DNA of 64,000 bases from a virus. A program made the position numbers and the translations under genes. Below, piece after piece: positions 40,190 through 50,891 of the stretch (its first letter is position 1; the number at the start of each line of letters is the position of its first letter). Location: IMG/VR virus record IMGVR_UViG_3300032050_010539, one strand, 5' to 3'. The notes beneath the pieces are model-generated. The model did not search any database and had not been told where the DNA came from. It saw only the letters and a list, made by a program, of their open reading frames with translations.

Positions 40190-43100
40190 AACAAATAGAG
40201 GCGGCTAGTAAATACCCATCGGCTGGTGTTGGTTCACTAGAGGGCTCCTCTAGCCGATTCGGCGTGTCATCTCTTAGTGAGACTCAGCGTTTTCTAAGAG
40301 ATGCGCGCCCGAATAGTCTAGAGGCGGCCTTGTTCTCACACAATAGGTTCCACTCGGATTTTACCCTAGAGTTATTACACGATACTTTTAATAAAGAGAG
40401 CTTCAGAGCAATAGGCCAAGAAAGACAGGATAAATTCTATCAGAGTATGAAGCCATATATAAAAATGGCAGAGGGTATATTTACTAATGAGATAGATCTA
40501 TACGATGAGGTAGGTGGTACTGTCGTAGTCGACATGACTATATCTAAGAGAGAGTCACAGGCATTAAAGGCAGCATCTAATAATCTAAATGTCATACCCT
40601 ATACCGCTAATAAGGGCCAGGGGACTACGCTGATGCACTCTAAGCTCGAGTTGATAACCAGAGAGGACGGTACTGATGTAGGTAGAGTACACACGGCCCC
40701 TTATATAACCGAGTACGGAACTAATGCCCTCGAGGTAGGAGCGGTAGTATCAGGTATCGCAGGAGCCGGCGCTATAATATCAGGCAGGGCCCCGCGACTA
40801 GGTATAGTAGGAGCTATAGCCGCCCCTCTACTCATGGGCGCTGGCGTAATGCTCAGGAATACTAATAGTAGTCTTCTTGATATAGGCCTTAAGTCTAATA
40901 AAAAGGATGTATTCTACGAAACCAGTAACCCTAAGTTTGTTACTGAACTCCGCACTTATATGCGTTCCCTAGCAGAGGGCAGGGAGCTAGATACTTCTCG
41001 CAATAGATTCATCTTAGGTGAGTCAGAGGCTATATTAGCCATGACCCGCGACGCGCAGAAGGCTAATGGCATAGTACTGAGCCCAGCAAGCTGGAGCCTA
41101 GCTCAAGCAAGAGATGATGATGGAAATATCATCAGCCGAGATAATAATTTAGATAGGAATCACTACGCCAGACTAGAGAACTTTGAGAACACTATAGTAG
41201 AGCGGGCCTCTGACATACCAATACTAATGGCTACTAGTGGCCAGGTAGATTCCAATGTACACCATCGTCTACATCAGGCCGGCGTTATAGCGGGCTCTAA
41301 CGTAGGTACTCATTATAATAAACACCTATTTGAGAATATAGACGAGAAGGGCACCGATGCGCTTTATATGGGCACTCGACGTTTCAGTGCTCAACACAAT
41401 AGGGAGATCATGATACGATTGACTAGCGAGGATGACCCCGCTGCCTTCGCGTATTATAAGGGCATGTTATTGTCTGATAATAAGTTCAACGTCTCCGATA
41501 TAGAGATGACGCAGATGGGTTATACCAATAAGTCATTTATACGTGCTACTACTGGTACTACTATATCTCAGCTACCCAGCTTCCTGGGAGCCTCTCATTT
41601 CTATGAGGTGGCTATCAATAACGCAGCGCGCGCTCGAGTAAGCGGACACCTAGACTGGAGAGAATCATTAGAGTCTTATACCAATAGGCCGGGCATAGCC
41701 ACACAGAACTACCTAGCGCGCGCTGCGCTAAATGGGGCCCCCAGTGTTGTGCCAGACCAGGTCCGCGATTACGATAGAGCTCTATTATCGCCAGGCCTAG
41801 GCTCTCTCATTAATGAATACACTATCATGGCCGGTTTTGGCAGGCTATATAAAGATGAGGTGGGGGCCCTACCTAGTATAGCGGGGGCCTTCGGTGCAGT
41901 ACTAGATAGAACACTGACATACTACGGCACGTTCTTCGACTATGATGAGACGCGCGATAGTATGGTACCAGTGGCTGGTGTATACGAGAATGCGCTTACA
42001 TTTGCTAGTAGCTTTGTAATGACTACAGCGGCCAGTATGGGGCTATACTTCAGTATAGGTATACCCCTAGGTTACATAACTGCAGAACTAAATAAGTCGA
42101 TGGTCCAGGGTACTATCGACAGCGCTGTACAGAAGACAGCAGGAAAAAGATATCCTCAGCACTTACCTATACTAGACATTGCCCCCGTCGATAATTTCGA
42201 GTTAGCTAAATACATGCAAGAAGTTCAGGGGCTTAGCGGAGGCACCCTCGACAACTATTACACTAATCGTATAAATACACTGCCCGCTCTCAATAACCTA
42301 TTTTATAGAGAGAGGGGGGCCACCTTCTTCGAGTATATAACTAAGCCCTTCATACTAGATGTCATGAATCCCTATGAGAGAGGGAGTGCAGAGGACATTA
42401 AGCTAAGGCGCTCTGCGGATGCCTTCCATGATTCACTACGGCGCCCTATTGGTCTAGAGACCACCTTTGAAGAGAGGTATAACCCAGTCTCGCGTGAGAT
42501 GGAGCCATTCCTAGTGTCTCTCAGGGCTACTAACATAGGCTTTGAGAGACAACGAGAATTAGCAATACTAATTGACGAGGTAGGGGCTAGTCTACCTGCT
42601 GCACCCTGGCGCTGGGGATGGGGAGAGGGTAAGGAAGACAGCCGCTCCTTCGTGAGTATGGCAGAGGTATTCAGCTTTAGTGAGATGGCAGAATCCTTCC
42701 ATAGAATCTTAGGTACTGGAAGCCAGAGCCTCAACTACATAGTCAGTAGTAGCGAGAATAACACTAGCGGTATGAAGGGCCTCCTCATGCGAGGGGGCGC
42801 TATGCTAGGAGGAGTGATGCGTTCTACTAAGGCGCGCCTCCAGGGCAATAACTTATTTATGGGTATAGGGCCCATAGCAACTACTAATCTAGCTGCAGAG
42901 TATAAGGAACTCATGAAGTTAGAGAGACAGATGTTAGTAGAGAACCTACTGACATGGGAGGTAGGCATTAACGGACAAGGTAGCCGTCAGATAGGTAATG
43001 TACAAACTCTGGAGCAGCGCCAGTTAGTTGCTAAGTTTGTAGATCAGCTGATAGTCTACAATCAGGCCATACAGAGTAGTCCCTACTATCAGCAGGCAGT

Positions 43101-46100
43101 ACAACGGGCAGCGGGGGCCACGGCAGCTCAAGAGGATCTATTCAGATTAATATCAGGGCGTAATAGTCGCTTCCTAACCTCATCGTTCTTCCGCAATAAG
43201 GGTATTATAGGTGCCTCTGTATTGGCTCTTATGAATGTACAGACTGGCCTAGCTAATATACTAGATGCCAGTGGGCCTAGTTTCCTGCGTTCTATTAACC
43301 TACAGTTCGGTGATGTCGACGTAGAGGAGGTACGCTACAATAACCGCAATCTAATACTCGAAGGGCCCGTCATGGGGGCCGCTTATACAGCATTAGCAGT
43401 AGCCGGGGGTTATGTAGGTAGTGAGGTATTCGGCAGTATGGCTATTAACCGGTATAGTCTCAGCGATGAGTTGTATGCCAGTGGTAACAGTCGTCTAATA
43501 TCCGCAGAGGCAGAAGGAGTACTGAAGCGAGGCACTCTAGTCAAGAAGGGTAATAGATTTATGACGTGGGGTCTAACTACAGCAGCGCTACTATGGGCCC
43601 CCCGCGTCATCACTGGTGTAGGTAACTTTATAATGAATATCTTCAACCGTATAACAGGGCAAGAGGGGCAGGTACTAGACGAGAACTACGCAACAGTAGG
43701 TAGTCTCCAGGCATGGAAACAATCAGTACTCAATAGGGTCAATACAGGCGGGCTAGTTGGCAATAGAACTGAGAGGACTTTAGAGGCATGGTCTGCATTC
43801 GTAGCAGGACGTATTAGTGCACACACACCAGTAGCAGCTATAAGTCAACGGGCCAAAACTATAGAGGTCTACGCGAGTCAGGCCCCCACGTCCTACATAC
43901 AGTTCTTCATAGCGGAGTCACGGCGCCGTGGTTCTGAGATGGATAAGGGCGTATACAGTTATAGTATGGGGGTACAATCAGCACCTGTACTGGGTATCTC
44001 TATGAGCGTGTCAGCCCCGCTGGCCTTTGACGCTAATAAGCCCTTCGCTGAGGCCTTCATATATAACCAGGAGAAGGATAACGTTATCAATTACATACAG
44101 AGCGCTGGTAATGTATCATTAGCAGTATCGTTAACGGCTGGGCTAGTTAGTCTGTCTGCTCTGTTACCAGAGTACGCGCGCTCTAAGATACTACGCGATC
44201 CTACGATAGGTGCGGGTGCGAAGGATCTCAGCAATAAGATGACTAACTTAGCAGCACTAGTAGATGACTGGGGCGGCCGGGCTATGAATGTACCCATAGC
44301 AGGTGCACGAACTGCGGTTGGTTCCTTCTGGCATTACTCAGGTAAGGTAGTAGACACAATGGCGGGGTTCAGCTACGGGGCACTACAGGGATTCGACAAG
44401 CTAGATAGAAGACTAGCTAAGGTCATAGCTCTGAGTAACTTTATTGTACCCCCTGTGCTAGGCGCACTATTTGGACTAACGGGCACGAGTCCACTAACAA
44501 GTTCCCTACTTGTAGGTACCTCTCTGGCCTTCGCATATTCCTTCGCTATGAAGCACGATCCATGGCGTAAGAAGGTAGCGGCTCTACAATCTCGTGTAGC
44601 GAGAATAACAGGTATGGAGGATATTAGGATAAGCCGCGGTATGCATACGGGTCTACGCAGATGGCGGGCCTATCGTATGCCACTACTTCTTGGCACTATA
44701 GCGGCCCTATTCCAAACTAAGACTGGGTGGAACGTAAGTGAGGGCATGGACGACAATGTCATGACTCGACTAGCTACAGTAGGGCTCTATGCCGGCGTAA
44801 ACGCTATGGCAGTAGTGGAACTAGGAGACCTCGGGCTAGACCCAGGCGCTACTATAGAGCGGTATCGTAGAATGAGGGCCAAGGTAGGTAAGATGCACCC
44901 ACTGAACCCACTAGGTATGTGGCGTAAGCTACGTCTAGCTTCTCTTGAGAGAGACATACGGTCTGACTTTAATACTGTAGAGACCTACCTATCAGACTAC
45001 CGTAATAATCGACGGGGCTACCATAGCTTCGATTTACTAGATGAACACCTGAAGACAGTTCACGGCACAGCATACCATAATGCTATGAATGAACACGGCC
45101 GGCGCCCGTCTAACTTCCAGGTACGGGACATTATAGACGAGGCAGGTAACTATAGACTAACAGATTACAGTGAGAACCTACGCACCCTAGTAGATAGCCG
45201 AGACTACCTCAAGTATAGAAACGCCAGAATACTGGGGCCCGGCGGTAGTAGACTATTGCGTTCTGCAGCGGCACTAGGCGCCGTGAACATAGCCGCTACT
45301 GCTCTTCTATTAGGTGTGGGTGCTATATTATCTAGTTCAGGTAATCAGGAGGAAGCAACAGCGGGCTTCTATAACGCTATGGATGACACGCCACTGGAGT
45401 TCGTGTCTAATGCATTCCGTCTAGTCACACGACGGGATATAGCTGTGGCACAGGATCCCCTGGAGCCTCTGGTTGTAATGGCAGATGGCGCCTATAAGCG
45501 TAAGCGCGGCGTGCGCTTAATCAACCCCATAGAGAGCAGCGTAGGGCGTATGAGTACTGCAATAGATAACCTACGCAACAGCTTTGTATTAAATGCCAGT
45601 AACCCATTTATGAGTGTCCTAGTATTTGGTACTAGTGTACGAGAGGGAGAGCTAGGCTCGCGTCAGACCTTCTACATGCAGCTACAGTCTACTAACCAGG
45701 ACATCAGTACGGCAGTATATTCTACAGCGCCAGCCTATATGTTCAAGATGGTCAAGGCAGGGGCCATGGGCCAGCTATACGCGCGCGACTACCGTAAGGC
45801 TAATATAACTGATGCCTCGATGAATAACTTATCAGAGGATCAGCGCAAGTTTATGGCCATCAGCGTAGTCAGTCTAACAGCACGATTAGACCCATTGACT
45901 GATAAGAACCGCCGGCGCGTAACTAGCCCATTCAATAGAGCCAGCCTGGCCCTCTATAGAGCGGATCCGTTGATGAACATAGCGTTGAGTAGTCGCCTGC
46001 AGGTAATACGCAACTTCGCATATCAGCGGCCTGAGTCATTAGTATCTGAGATGACTAATCTAGGTAATCCTGATGGTATGAATCCCCGGGATAGTAAAAA

Positions 46101-48867
46101 ACCCAAGTCATATCTAGACACGCTAATTGCATCGCTGAGTAAGGGAGACATGCGACTGTTAGCAGAAACTGCATTCCCTAGTCTGGCATCCAGAGTGGCT
46201 AACCCCCTCAACTTCGTACAGTACGAGAACTTCATTAAGTACTCGTCGGAACGGCGTACAGGAGGTAGACGGGTAGATATATATGCTGCAGATGGAGACT
46301 GGCTGGAGATGGGCGCGCCTAGATCAATGAGGACAGAGGAGAGCAATATCCTGGGTATGATAGGGTCCTTCTTAGTTAACTTCTGGGGTAAGATACCACT
46401 AATCAACACACCCATTATGACGAGTCTAGCTGGGGGCGTTGCAGCCACTATGATTGCGGGCGCGATAGGCGCGATGATGAGTTTATTTGGCGTACTAGAG
46501 GGAGGGAGGCAGGCACGAGCCATAGATAACGTTATGACTGAGCTGCGTGTTCTATGGGCCGGTGAGAGGGCGGAATACTTTGTTATAACGGCACCTCAGG
46601 CTAAGAGTCCCCTAGGAGAGAACCGTATGAAGTATGAGGTGAAGCGCGGCCGCTTCACTTATACGCTACACGCTAGTCCACCTGATGGCATGGGCGGAGA
46701 GGTAGGGAAGAGAATAGGTTATTTCCTCAATAGTTTTATGAGTATGACTGCAAATGACGAGATGGATACTCTAATGGCACGCGTATACGATGCCCCTATT
46801 ATAAACGAGAGCACTGTGCGCAGTATAACTGATAGGGATGATCTAGTACGTAGATTAGTAGATAGTCTAGATGACACTATAAGCCGCGGGCCCGATAGCT
46901 TCCTAACTAAGATACTAAACCTACTAGATAGCGATATATCAATTAATAATGGGCCCGCCCCGTTCTCACAGAAGGCCTACTCACTACTAGGATTAAGCGA
47001 GGAGACATTCAAGATACAGTATGGAGATGCTGACTCATTCCTAAGACGTCGTATACGCGAGGTCATCAAGGAGACGATAGAGCGCGAGGTTATACGTAAG
47101 ATATCTCTTAACCCCGACCCTGGTGATGCCTTCATGATATCATCACGCTTCCGTGGTCTGACATCAGACGAACAGATACGCATCATAAGCGCTAACGTAC
47201 TAAATGAACTAGGCTTCCTATTTAAGGATATCAAGGAGAAGGCGCTGATAATGGCTGGGGCCACTACTGATATAGAAGTATTACGTAGTCGCAATCAGAG
47301 AGTAGAGGACTGGGCCAATAAGCAGGGTGGCATTATAGATATAGAGCGGAAGAAGGCACCTCAATGGAAGCGCATATTTCACTGGGATAGCGGTAAGGCC
47401 CCCATAGCTGACCCTTCAGAGATAAAGGTCTACCCATTTTTTAAGGCGCGGCTCAGCGCACGGGGATCGCTTCAGGCATTAGGCGGCGGCATTATGACAG
47501 CCTGGGGTGGCATAGAGAGTCTAGATGTAGGTAGCGCATTCATGAGACTCGGCCGATCTCAACGGGATGAGCTATACACTGAGGCAGAGAAACAGCTACT
47601 TGAGGAGCATGCCGGTATGACAGTGCGTAACTCCATAACTGGTATAGTCACAGGTCTAGTGGCCGCTAAAGCAATAGGAGCTATAGGCGCGGCAGTCATA
47701 GGCGCCCCTCTAATAGCAGCAATAGGAGTGGTAGCAATAGGTGTAGGTATAGCAACAGGACTATTTGCGTGGGGCTATAAACACCTAGAGGCAGTCACCA
47801 AGGGCGATGCCTGGCAGGACTTCAGTCAAGCTAGTGAGAGATTCTGGACCGGCGTAGATAGAGCTATAGGCGACATAATCGGAGATAAGATACCCGGCTT
47901 TCTATCACTAGGTAATGATCAGGTAAAGGGCGTCATTACATCAGCTATAGGTACGGCACTAGGTGTAATGTCACTAGTCGGGGCGGCTGCAAGCTGGTTC
48001 AAAGGCGCGGGCTGGGGTCTAATAGCTAAATCAGGCCTGGGGGGCCTCCTAGGAGGAACGGCCATATCTGCTGTCCCAGGCGTACACGAGACACTGGCTC
48101 GTGGTAGTAGTGCCGCAGTAGAGGGTATGGGTAAGATAACAGGGCTGAACATGTTTGTCACGCCAACAGATTATCTACTAGCGCGTTATAAAGAAGGGCC
48201 AGGCGGTATGACACTAGCTATGCCGGGGCGGGCCTTTCAATACAACGCGGATAGATGGGCCGAAGCTAGCAATGACTCTGCTGGTAATAGGACGGCAGCC
48301 ATGCTGCTACCGACGCCTGCTGGAGGAGATAGTAACATACAATTACTAGATCCATTCACAGAGAGAGAGATAGCACGACGGGCCCGTCTCTTCAACGTAG
48401 AGATATTCGGACAGACCAGCTGGGTCAAGTCAGCGCGGGCCAGTAGTGATTGGGGCTCCATAAAAATATACGCTAGGCAGCAGATGCTAGGCCAGTATAA
48501 GAACAACATAGCGGCTATTCGCGCTACTGTATCAGACACTATGAATAAGCTAGCCCAGTCAGCTACTCCTTATAGTGCAGAGGTGGCCCGTCTAGCCATA
48601 GCTGTCAGTAAGACAGTAGGCAGGCCTGCACCAGCTACTCAATCTCGAGCCATTATAAGCAATAATGGTAACTTCAATCCCGAGCTCAAGGAGATAGCAG
48701 AGGAGGCAACACGGCGGGGCCATATAGCACTAATATCTCAGGAGACCAGCGCCGAGCAGAATGGTAATACAGTAACAGTCACAACAAGACCCAGTGACGA
48801 TAATAGTCTCTGGGTCAATAGGTTAGATGGTAAACTTGATAGAGAGGCAATGCTACGCATGGGCTAG
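40171..48867 (+). CDS. Giant multi-transmembrane virion protein (tape-measure/ejection-like) with N-terminal PLD-like domains
   Basis: 2898 aa with many Gly/Ala-rich hydrophobic helices. HxK motifs LMHSKLELITRED and THYNKHLF...YMGTRRFS..HNRE. Confidence 0.6.
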   Translation: MESDLLKQIEAASKYPSAGVGSLEGSSSRFGVSSLSETQRFLRDARPNSLEAALFSHNRFHSDFTLELLHDTFNKESFRAIGQERQDKFYQSMKPYIKMAEGIFTNEIDLYDEVGGTVVVDMTISKRESQALKAASNNLNVIPYTANKGQGTTLMHSKLELITREDGTDVGRVHTAPYITEYGTNALEVGAVVSGIAGAGAIISGRAPRLGIVGAIAAPLLMGAGVMLRNTNSSLLDIGLKSNKKDVFYETSNPKFVTELRTYMRSLAEGRELDTSRNRFILGESEAILAMTRDAQKANGIVLSPASWSLAQARDDDGNIISRDNNLDRNHYARLENFENTIVERASDIPILMATSGQVDSNVHHRLHQAGVIAGSNVGTHYNKHLFENIDEKGTDALYMGTRRFSAQHNREIMIRLTSEDDPAAFAYYKGMLLSDNKFNVSDIEMTQMGYTNKSFIRATTGTTISQLPSFLGASHFYEVAINNAARARVSGHLDWRESLESYTNRPGIATQNYLARAALNGAPSVVPDQVRDYDRALLSPGLGSLINEYTIMAGFGRLYKDEVGALPSIAGAFGAVLDRTLTYYGTFFDYDETRDSMVPVAGVYENALTFASSFVMTTAASMGLYFSIGIPLGYITAELNKSMVQGTIDSAVQKTAGKRYPQHLPILDIAPVDNFELAKYMQEVQGLSGGTLDNYYTNRINTLPALNNLFYRERGATFFEYITKPFILDVMNPYERGSAEDIKLRRSADAFHDSLRRPIGLETTFEERYNPVSREMEPFLVSLRATNIGFERQRELAILIDEVGASLPAAPWRWGWGEGKEDSRSFVSMAEVFSFSEMAESFHRILGTGSQSLNYIVSSSENNTSGMKGLLMRGGAMLGGVMRSTKARLQGNNLFMGIGPIATTNLAAEYKELMKLERQMLVENLLTWEVGINGQGSRQIGNVQTLEQRQLVAKFVDQLIVYNQAIQSSPYYQQAVQRAAGATAAQEDLFRLISGRNSRFLTSSFFRNKGIIGASVLALMNVQTGLANILDASGPSFLRSINLQFGDVDVEEVRYNNRNLILEGPVMGAAYTALAVAGGYVGSEVFGSMAINRYSLSDELYASGNSRLISAEAEGVLKRGTLVKKGNRFMTWGLTTAALLWAPRVITGVGNFIMNIFNRITGQEGQVLDENYATVGSLQAWKQSVLNRVNTGGLVGNRTERTLEAWSAFVAGRISAHTPVAAISQRAKTIEVYASQAPTSYIQFFIAESRRRGSEMDKGVYSYSMGVQSAPVLGISMSVSAPLAFDANKPFAEAFIYNQEKDNVINYIQSAGNVSLAVSLTAGLVSLSALLPEYARSKILRDPTIGAGAKDLSNKMTNLAALVDDWGGRAMNVPIAGARTAVGSFWHYSGKVVDTMAGFSYGALQGFDKLDRRLAKVIALSNFIVPPVLGALFGLTGTSPLTSSLLVGTSLAFAYSFAMKHDPWRKKVAALQSRVARITGMEDIRISRGMHTGLRRWRAYRMPLLLGTIAALFQTKTGWNVSEGMDDNVMTRLATVGLYAGVNAMAVVELGDLGLDPGATIERYRRMRAKVGKMHPLNPLGMWRKLRLASLERDIRSDFNTVETYLSDYRNNRRGYHSFDLLDEHLKTVHGTAYHNAMNEHGRRPSNFQVRDIIDEAGNYRLTDYSENLRTLVDSRDYLKYRNARILGPGGSRLLRSAAALGAVNIAATALLLGVGAILSSSGNQEEATAGFYNAMDDTPLEFVSNAFRLVTRRDIAVAQDPLEPLVVMADGAYKRKRGVRLINPIESSVGRMSTAIDNLRNSFVLNASNPFMSVLVFGTSVREGELGSRQTFYMQLQSTNQDISTAVYSTAPAYMFKMVKAGAMGQLYARDYRKANITDASMNNLSEDQRKFMAISVVSLTARLDPLTDKNRRRVTSPFNRASLALYRADPLMNIALSSRLQVIRNFAYQRPESLVSEMTNLGNPDGMNPRDSKKPKSYLDTLIASLSKGDMRLLAETAFPSLASRVANPLNFVQYENFIKYSSERRTGGRRVDIYAADGDWLEMGAPRSMRTEESNILGMIGSFLVNFWGKIPLINTPIMTSLAGGVAATMIAGAIGAMMSLFGVLEGGRQARAIDNVMTELRVLWAGERAEYFVITAPQAKSPLGENRMKYEVKRGRFTYTLHASPPDGMGGEVGKRIGYFLNSFMSMTANDEMDTLMARVYDAPIINESTVRSITDRDDLVRRLVDSLDDTISRGPDSFLTKILNLLDSDISINNGPAPFSQKAYSLLGLSEETFKIQYGDADSFLRRRIREVIKETIEREVIRKISLNPDPGDAFMISSRFRGLTSDEQIRIISANVLNELGFLFKDIKEKALIMAGATTDIEVLRSRNQRVEDWANKQGGIIDIERKKAPQWKRIFHWDSGKAPIADPSEIKVYPFFKARLSARGSLQALGGGIMTAWGGIESLDVGSAFMRLGRSQRDELYTEAEKQLLEEHAGMTVRNSITGIVTGLVAAKAIGAIGAAVIGAPLIAAIGVVAIGVGIATGLFAWGYKHLEAVTKGDAWQDFSQASERFWTGVDRAIGDIIGDKIPGFLSLGNDQVKGVITSAIGTALGVMSLVGAAASWFKGAGWGLIAKSGLGGLLGGTAISAVPGVHETLARGSSAAVEGMGKITGLNMFVTPTDYLLARYKEGPGGMTLAMPGRAFQYNADRWAEASNDSAGNRTAAMLLPTPAGGDSNIQLLDPFTEREIARRARLFNVEIFGQTSWVKSARASSDWGSIKIYARQQMLGQYKNNIAAIRATVSDTMNKLAQSATPYSAEVARLAIAVSKTVGRPAPATQSRAIISNNGNFNPELKEIAEEATRRGHIALISQETSAEQNGNTVTVTTRPSDDNSLWVNRLDGKLDREAMLRMG

Positions 48868-48948
48868 GCCCTCGTGTCAGGAATCCCCAGCATTATTAGC
48901 TTGACTCAATCTACCCTAATAAGCTAAGATGGAGGGATGGACAAGCAT

Positions 48949-48983
48949 AGAGCCAGTACCCTTGCGGGTGCTGGCTCTTTTCT
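48949..48983 (+). terminator. Rho-independent terminator ending the structural operon
   Basis: Stem AGAGCCAGTACCC, loop TTGC, stem GGGTGCTGGCTCT, followed by TTTCT. Confidence 0.75.
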
Positions 48984-49165
48984 AGCTTTGCATTATCGAG
49001 ATTAGCCCTTTGCTTACGGCGTAGCTGTCGGGAAGATTCATCCCTATGACTACGTTTTTATCTACACCATCAACGAACTAGCAAAACGTCAGGGGGGAGA
49101 TAATCAAGACGGGAAGCGATAGGTAGAACGTTTAATGTCAAGCTGGGCAGTGTGACAACACTCAA

Positions 49166-49360
49166 CTAGCTTTTTGTAAACGTTATTTGAGATTCAGACA
49201 CTTCTAACGTATTTAGAGGAATTAACCCCTCTAAACTATAACCATCTTCTCCTTCAGGATTGGAATAATGTTCAACAATAGTACCCAAATCACTCTGACT
49301 TAAACCATACTCAGGTAAATCTTCAATTAAACGAACTTGGGTAAATAAACTAAATTTCAT
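49166..49360 (-). CDS. DUF4926-like small protein (host-like)
   Basis: MKFSLFTQVRLIEDLPEYGL...DLGTIVEHY....GYSLE pattern, AGGAGG RBS, non-phage codon usage. Confidence 0.7.
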   Translation of the reverse strand: MKFSLFTQVRLIEDLPEYGLSQSDLGTIVEHYSNPEGEDGYSLEGLIPLNTLEVSESQITFTKS

Positions 49361-49704
49361 GCTCTAACCTCCTTAGCAGTAGCGAATAAACTATGTTTAT
49401 AGTGCTTCCGCACACCATCGCCATCGTCTACCTCAAGCATTCTATTGTTCCATCTGAGATACCTCCCGCCGTGATAGTTCGTTTTCAATGAGCTTACCTC
49501 TAATTTTCAGATGAAATGGGCGATGACTAGACCAGATAATAGCGCAATAGATAAAGCCTATTCGAATGTCCTGATAGAAGGTATAACCGCATCTATCATA
49601 ATTAATGGAACCACCTAGGCCAAATATAAATGTACTGATGAATACATTGAGGCTATTATAAAGAAAGTATTCATCTAATATATGCGTGCTATATTGTGAT
49701 GCCA

Positions 49705-50415
49705 CTATGCGAGGGGCTCCAACGTATTGAGGAGTGTCTTGGCCATCTGTATACGCCGGTAGATACGACTCGCTATAGCTGGATTCTCCTTGTTCACCTC
49801 CTCTATTACAATTTGCTTGAATCGGTCTATGGCCTCGAATTGCTTGACAGTCTCCATCAGTGCGCGCGCATCCTTCAGTAGTTGGCGCTGTTCCTGCAAC
49901 ATAGTTACCCATATTTCCTCCTTGACTTTCCTAGCCTTAATAAATGGCTCATCATCAGCCGACTCGAGAGCTATAATACCTGCTTTAAGATCATTGAATA
50001 TAGTCTGTAGCTGCGTCTGAGTATCAAATACAGAGCCATATGGATAGTTCACCCTTTCCATTATAGGCGCGCTTCTATAAGCGGTTATCCATTCACCTAC
50101 CTCGCGCGCTGTAAGATCAACCCCGTGCATAGATAAGGCGCGGGATATATCGCTCTCACTGGAGCCCTTCTCTATTAACTGCACGACAAATTCTGTCATC
50201 CCACAAGCATCAATAGGATGGCGGAGAGCCACCTTATAGTTATCCAGTGGTTCAGATATTACAGGGTCATTGAATAATCTCTCTAGAGCTACTAACCGCT
50301 CCCAGAGGGGCTGCCATTCAATAGTCCCTATAAGCTGCTTACTATCAAGTAGACTACCAAAGTCATCCTTCCAGTCCCGCAGTTCCTGCAGTATATTAGT
50401 GTAGTCTGCCATCAT
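49705..50415 (-). CDS. Hypothetical protein (HTH-like segment plus coiled coil)
   Basis: SESDISRALSMHGVDLTAREVGEW followed by a helical C-terminus. Confidence 0.6.
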   Translation of the reverse strand: MMADYTNILQELRDWKDDFGSLLDSKQLIGTIEWQPLWERLVALERLFNDPVISEPLDNYKVALRHPIDACGMTEFVVQLIEKGSSESDISRALSMHGVDLTAREVGEWITAYRSAPIMERVNYPYGSVFDTQTQLQTIFNDLKAGIIALESADDEPFIKARKVKEEIWVTMLQEQRQLLKDARALMETVKQFEAIDRFKQIVIEEVNKENPAIASRIYRRIQMAKTLLNTLEPLA

Positions 50416-50842
50416 CTACCACGCTATTCAAGTAATCAGCGGCTGTATAGACATTACCCTCGACGATCTCAGGGATCTCGATGCGCTTATCCTCTTCCTC
50501 CATCTGCATACGAATATCAATGGGGCCTAATACAGGCATGATATCAGGATTAATCAGATAATTAAGTAATTGGATAGCAAAAGCATCAAACTTACGCTTA
50601 ATGGTACTACTATCTACATTAAGACCGCCCGCAATGTCATTGCGACTGCGCTGCGTAGCCCAGAGCCAGGCAGCATGCCTGTATATGTCCGGGCTAGTTC
50701 TCATAATTAAATACATGCACTTACGCACTGTCTCATATGAGAATGTTCGATTGTAACAAGCAGACTCGAAATCAATCTGCTGATAGAACTTCTTACGCAG
50801 ATAATTCTTTACTTCATCAAGCCAGGGGTTAGGTTTGGGCAT
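50396..50842 (-). CDS. HTH DNA-binding protein (sigma region-4-like)
   Basis: SRNDIAGGLNVDSSTIKRK. Confidence 0.6.
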   Translation of the reverse strand: MPKPNPWLDEVKNYLRKKFYQQIDFESACYNRTFSYETVRKCMYLIMRTSPDIYRHAAWLWATQRSRNDIAGGLNVDSSTIKRKFDAFAIQLLNYLINPDIMPVLGPIDIRMQMEEEDKRIEIPEIVEGNVYTAADYLNSVVDDGRLH

Positions 50843-50891
50843 ACATATCCTCTATATACCCATTAATCTTATCGTACTAAATACCAGTATG

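Noticed and set aside
429-48539. Numerous short minus-strand ORFs opposite the structural genes
   Set aside because: They are antisense shadows of long plus-strand genes, with no motifs or RBS.
49442-49912. 156-aa minus-strand ORF
   Set aside because: Its first half overlaps 49705..50415 out of frame and it has no recognisable motif. At most the 3' part is a gene remnant.
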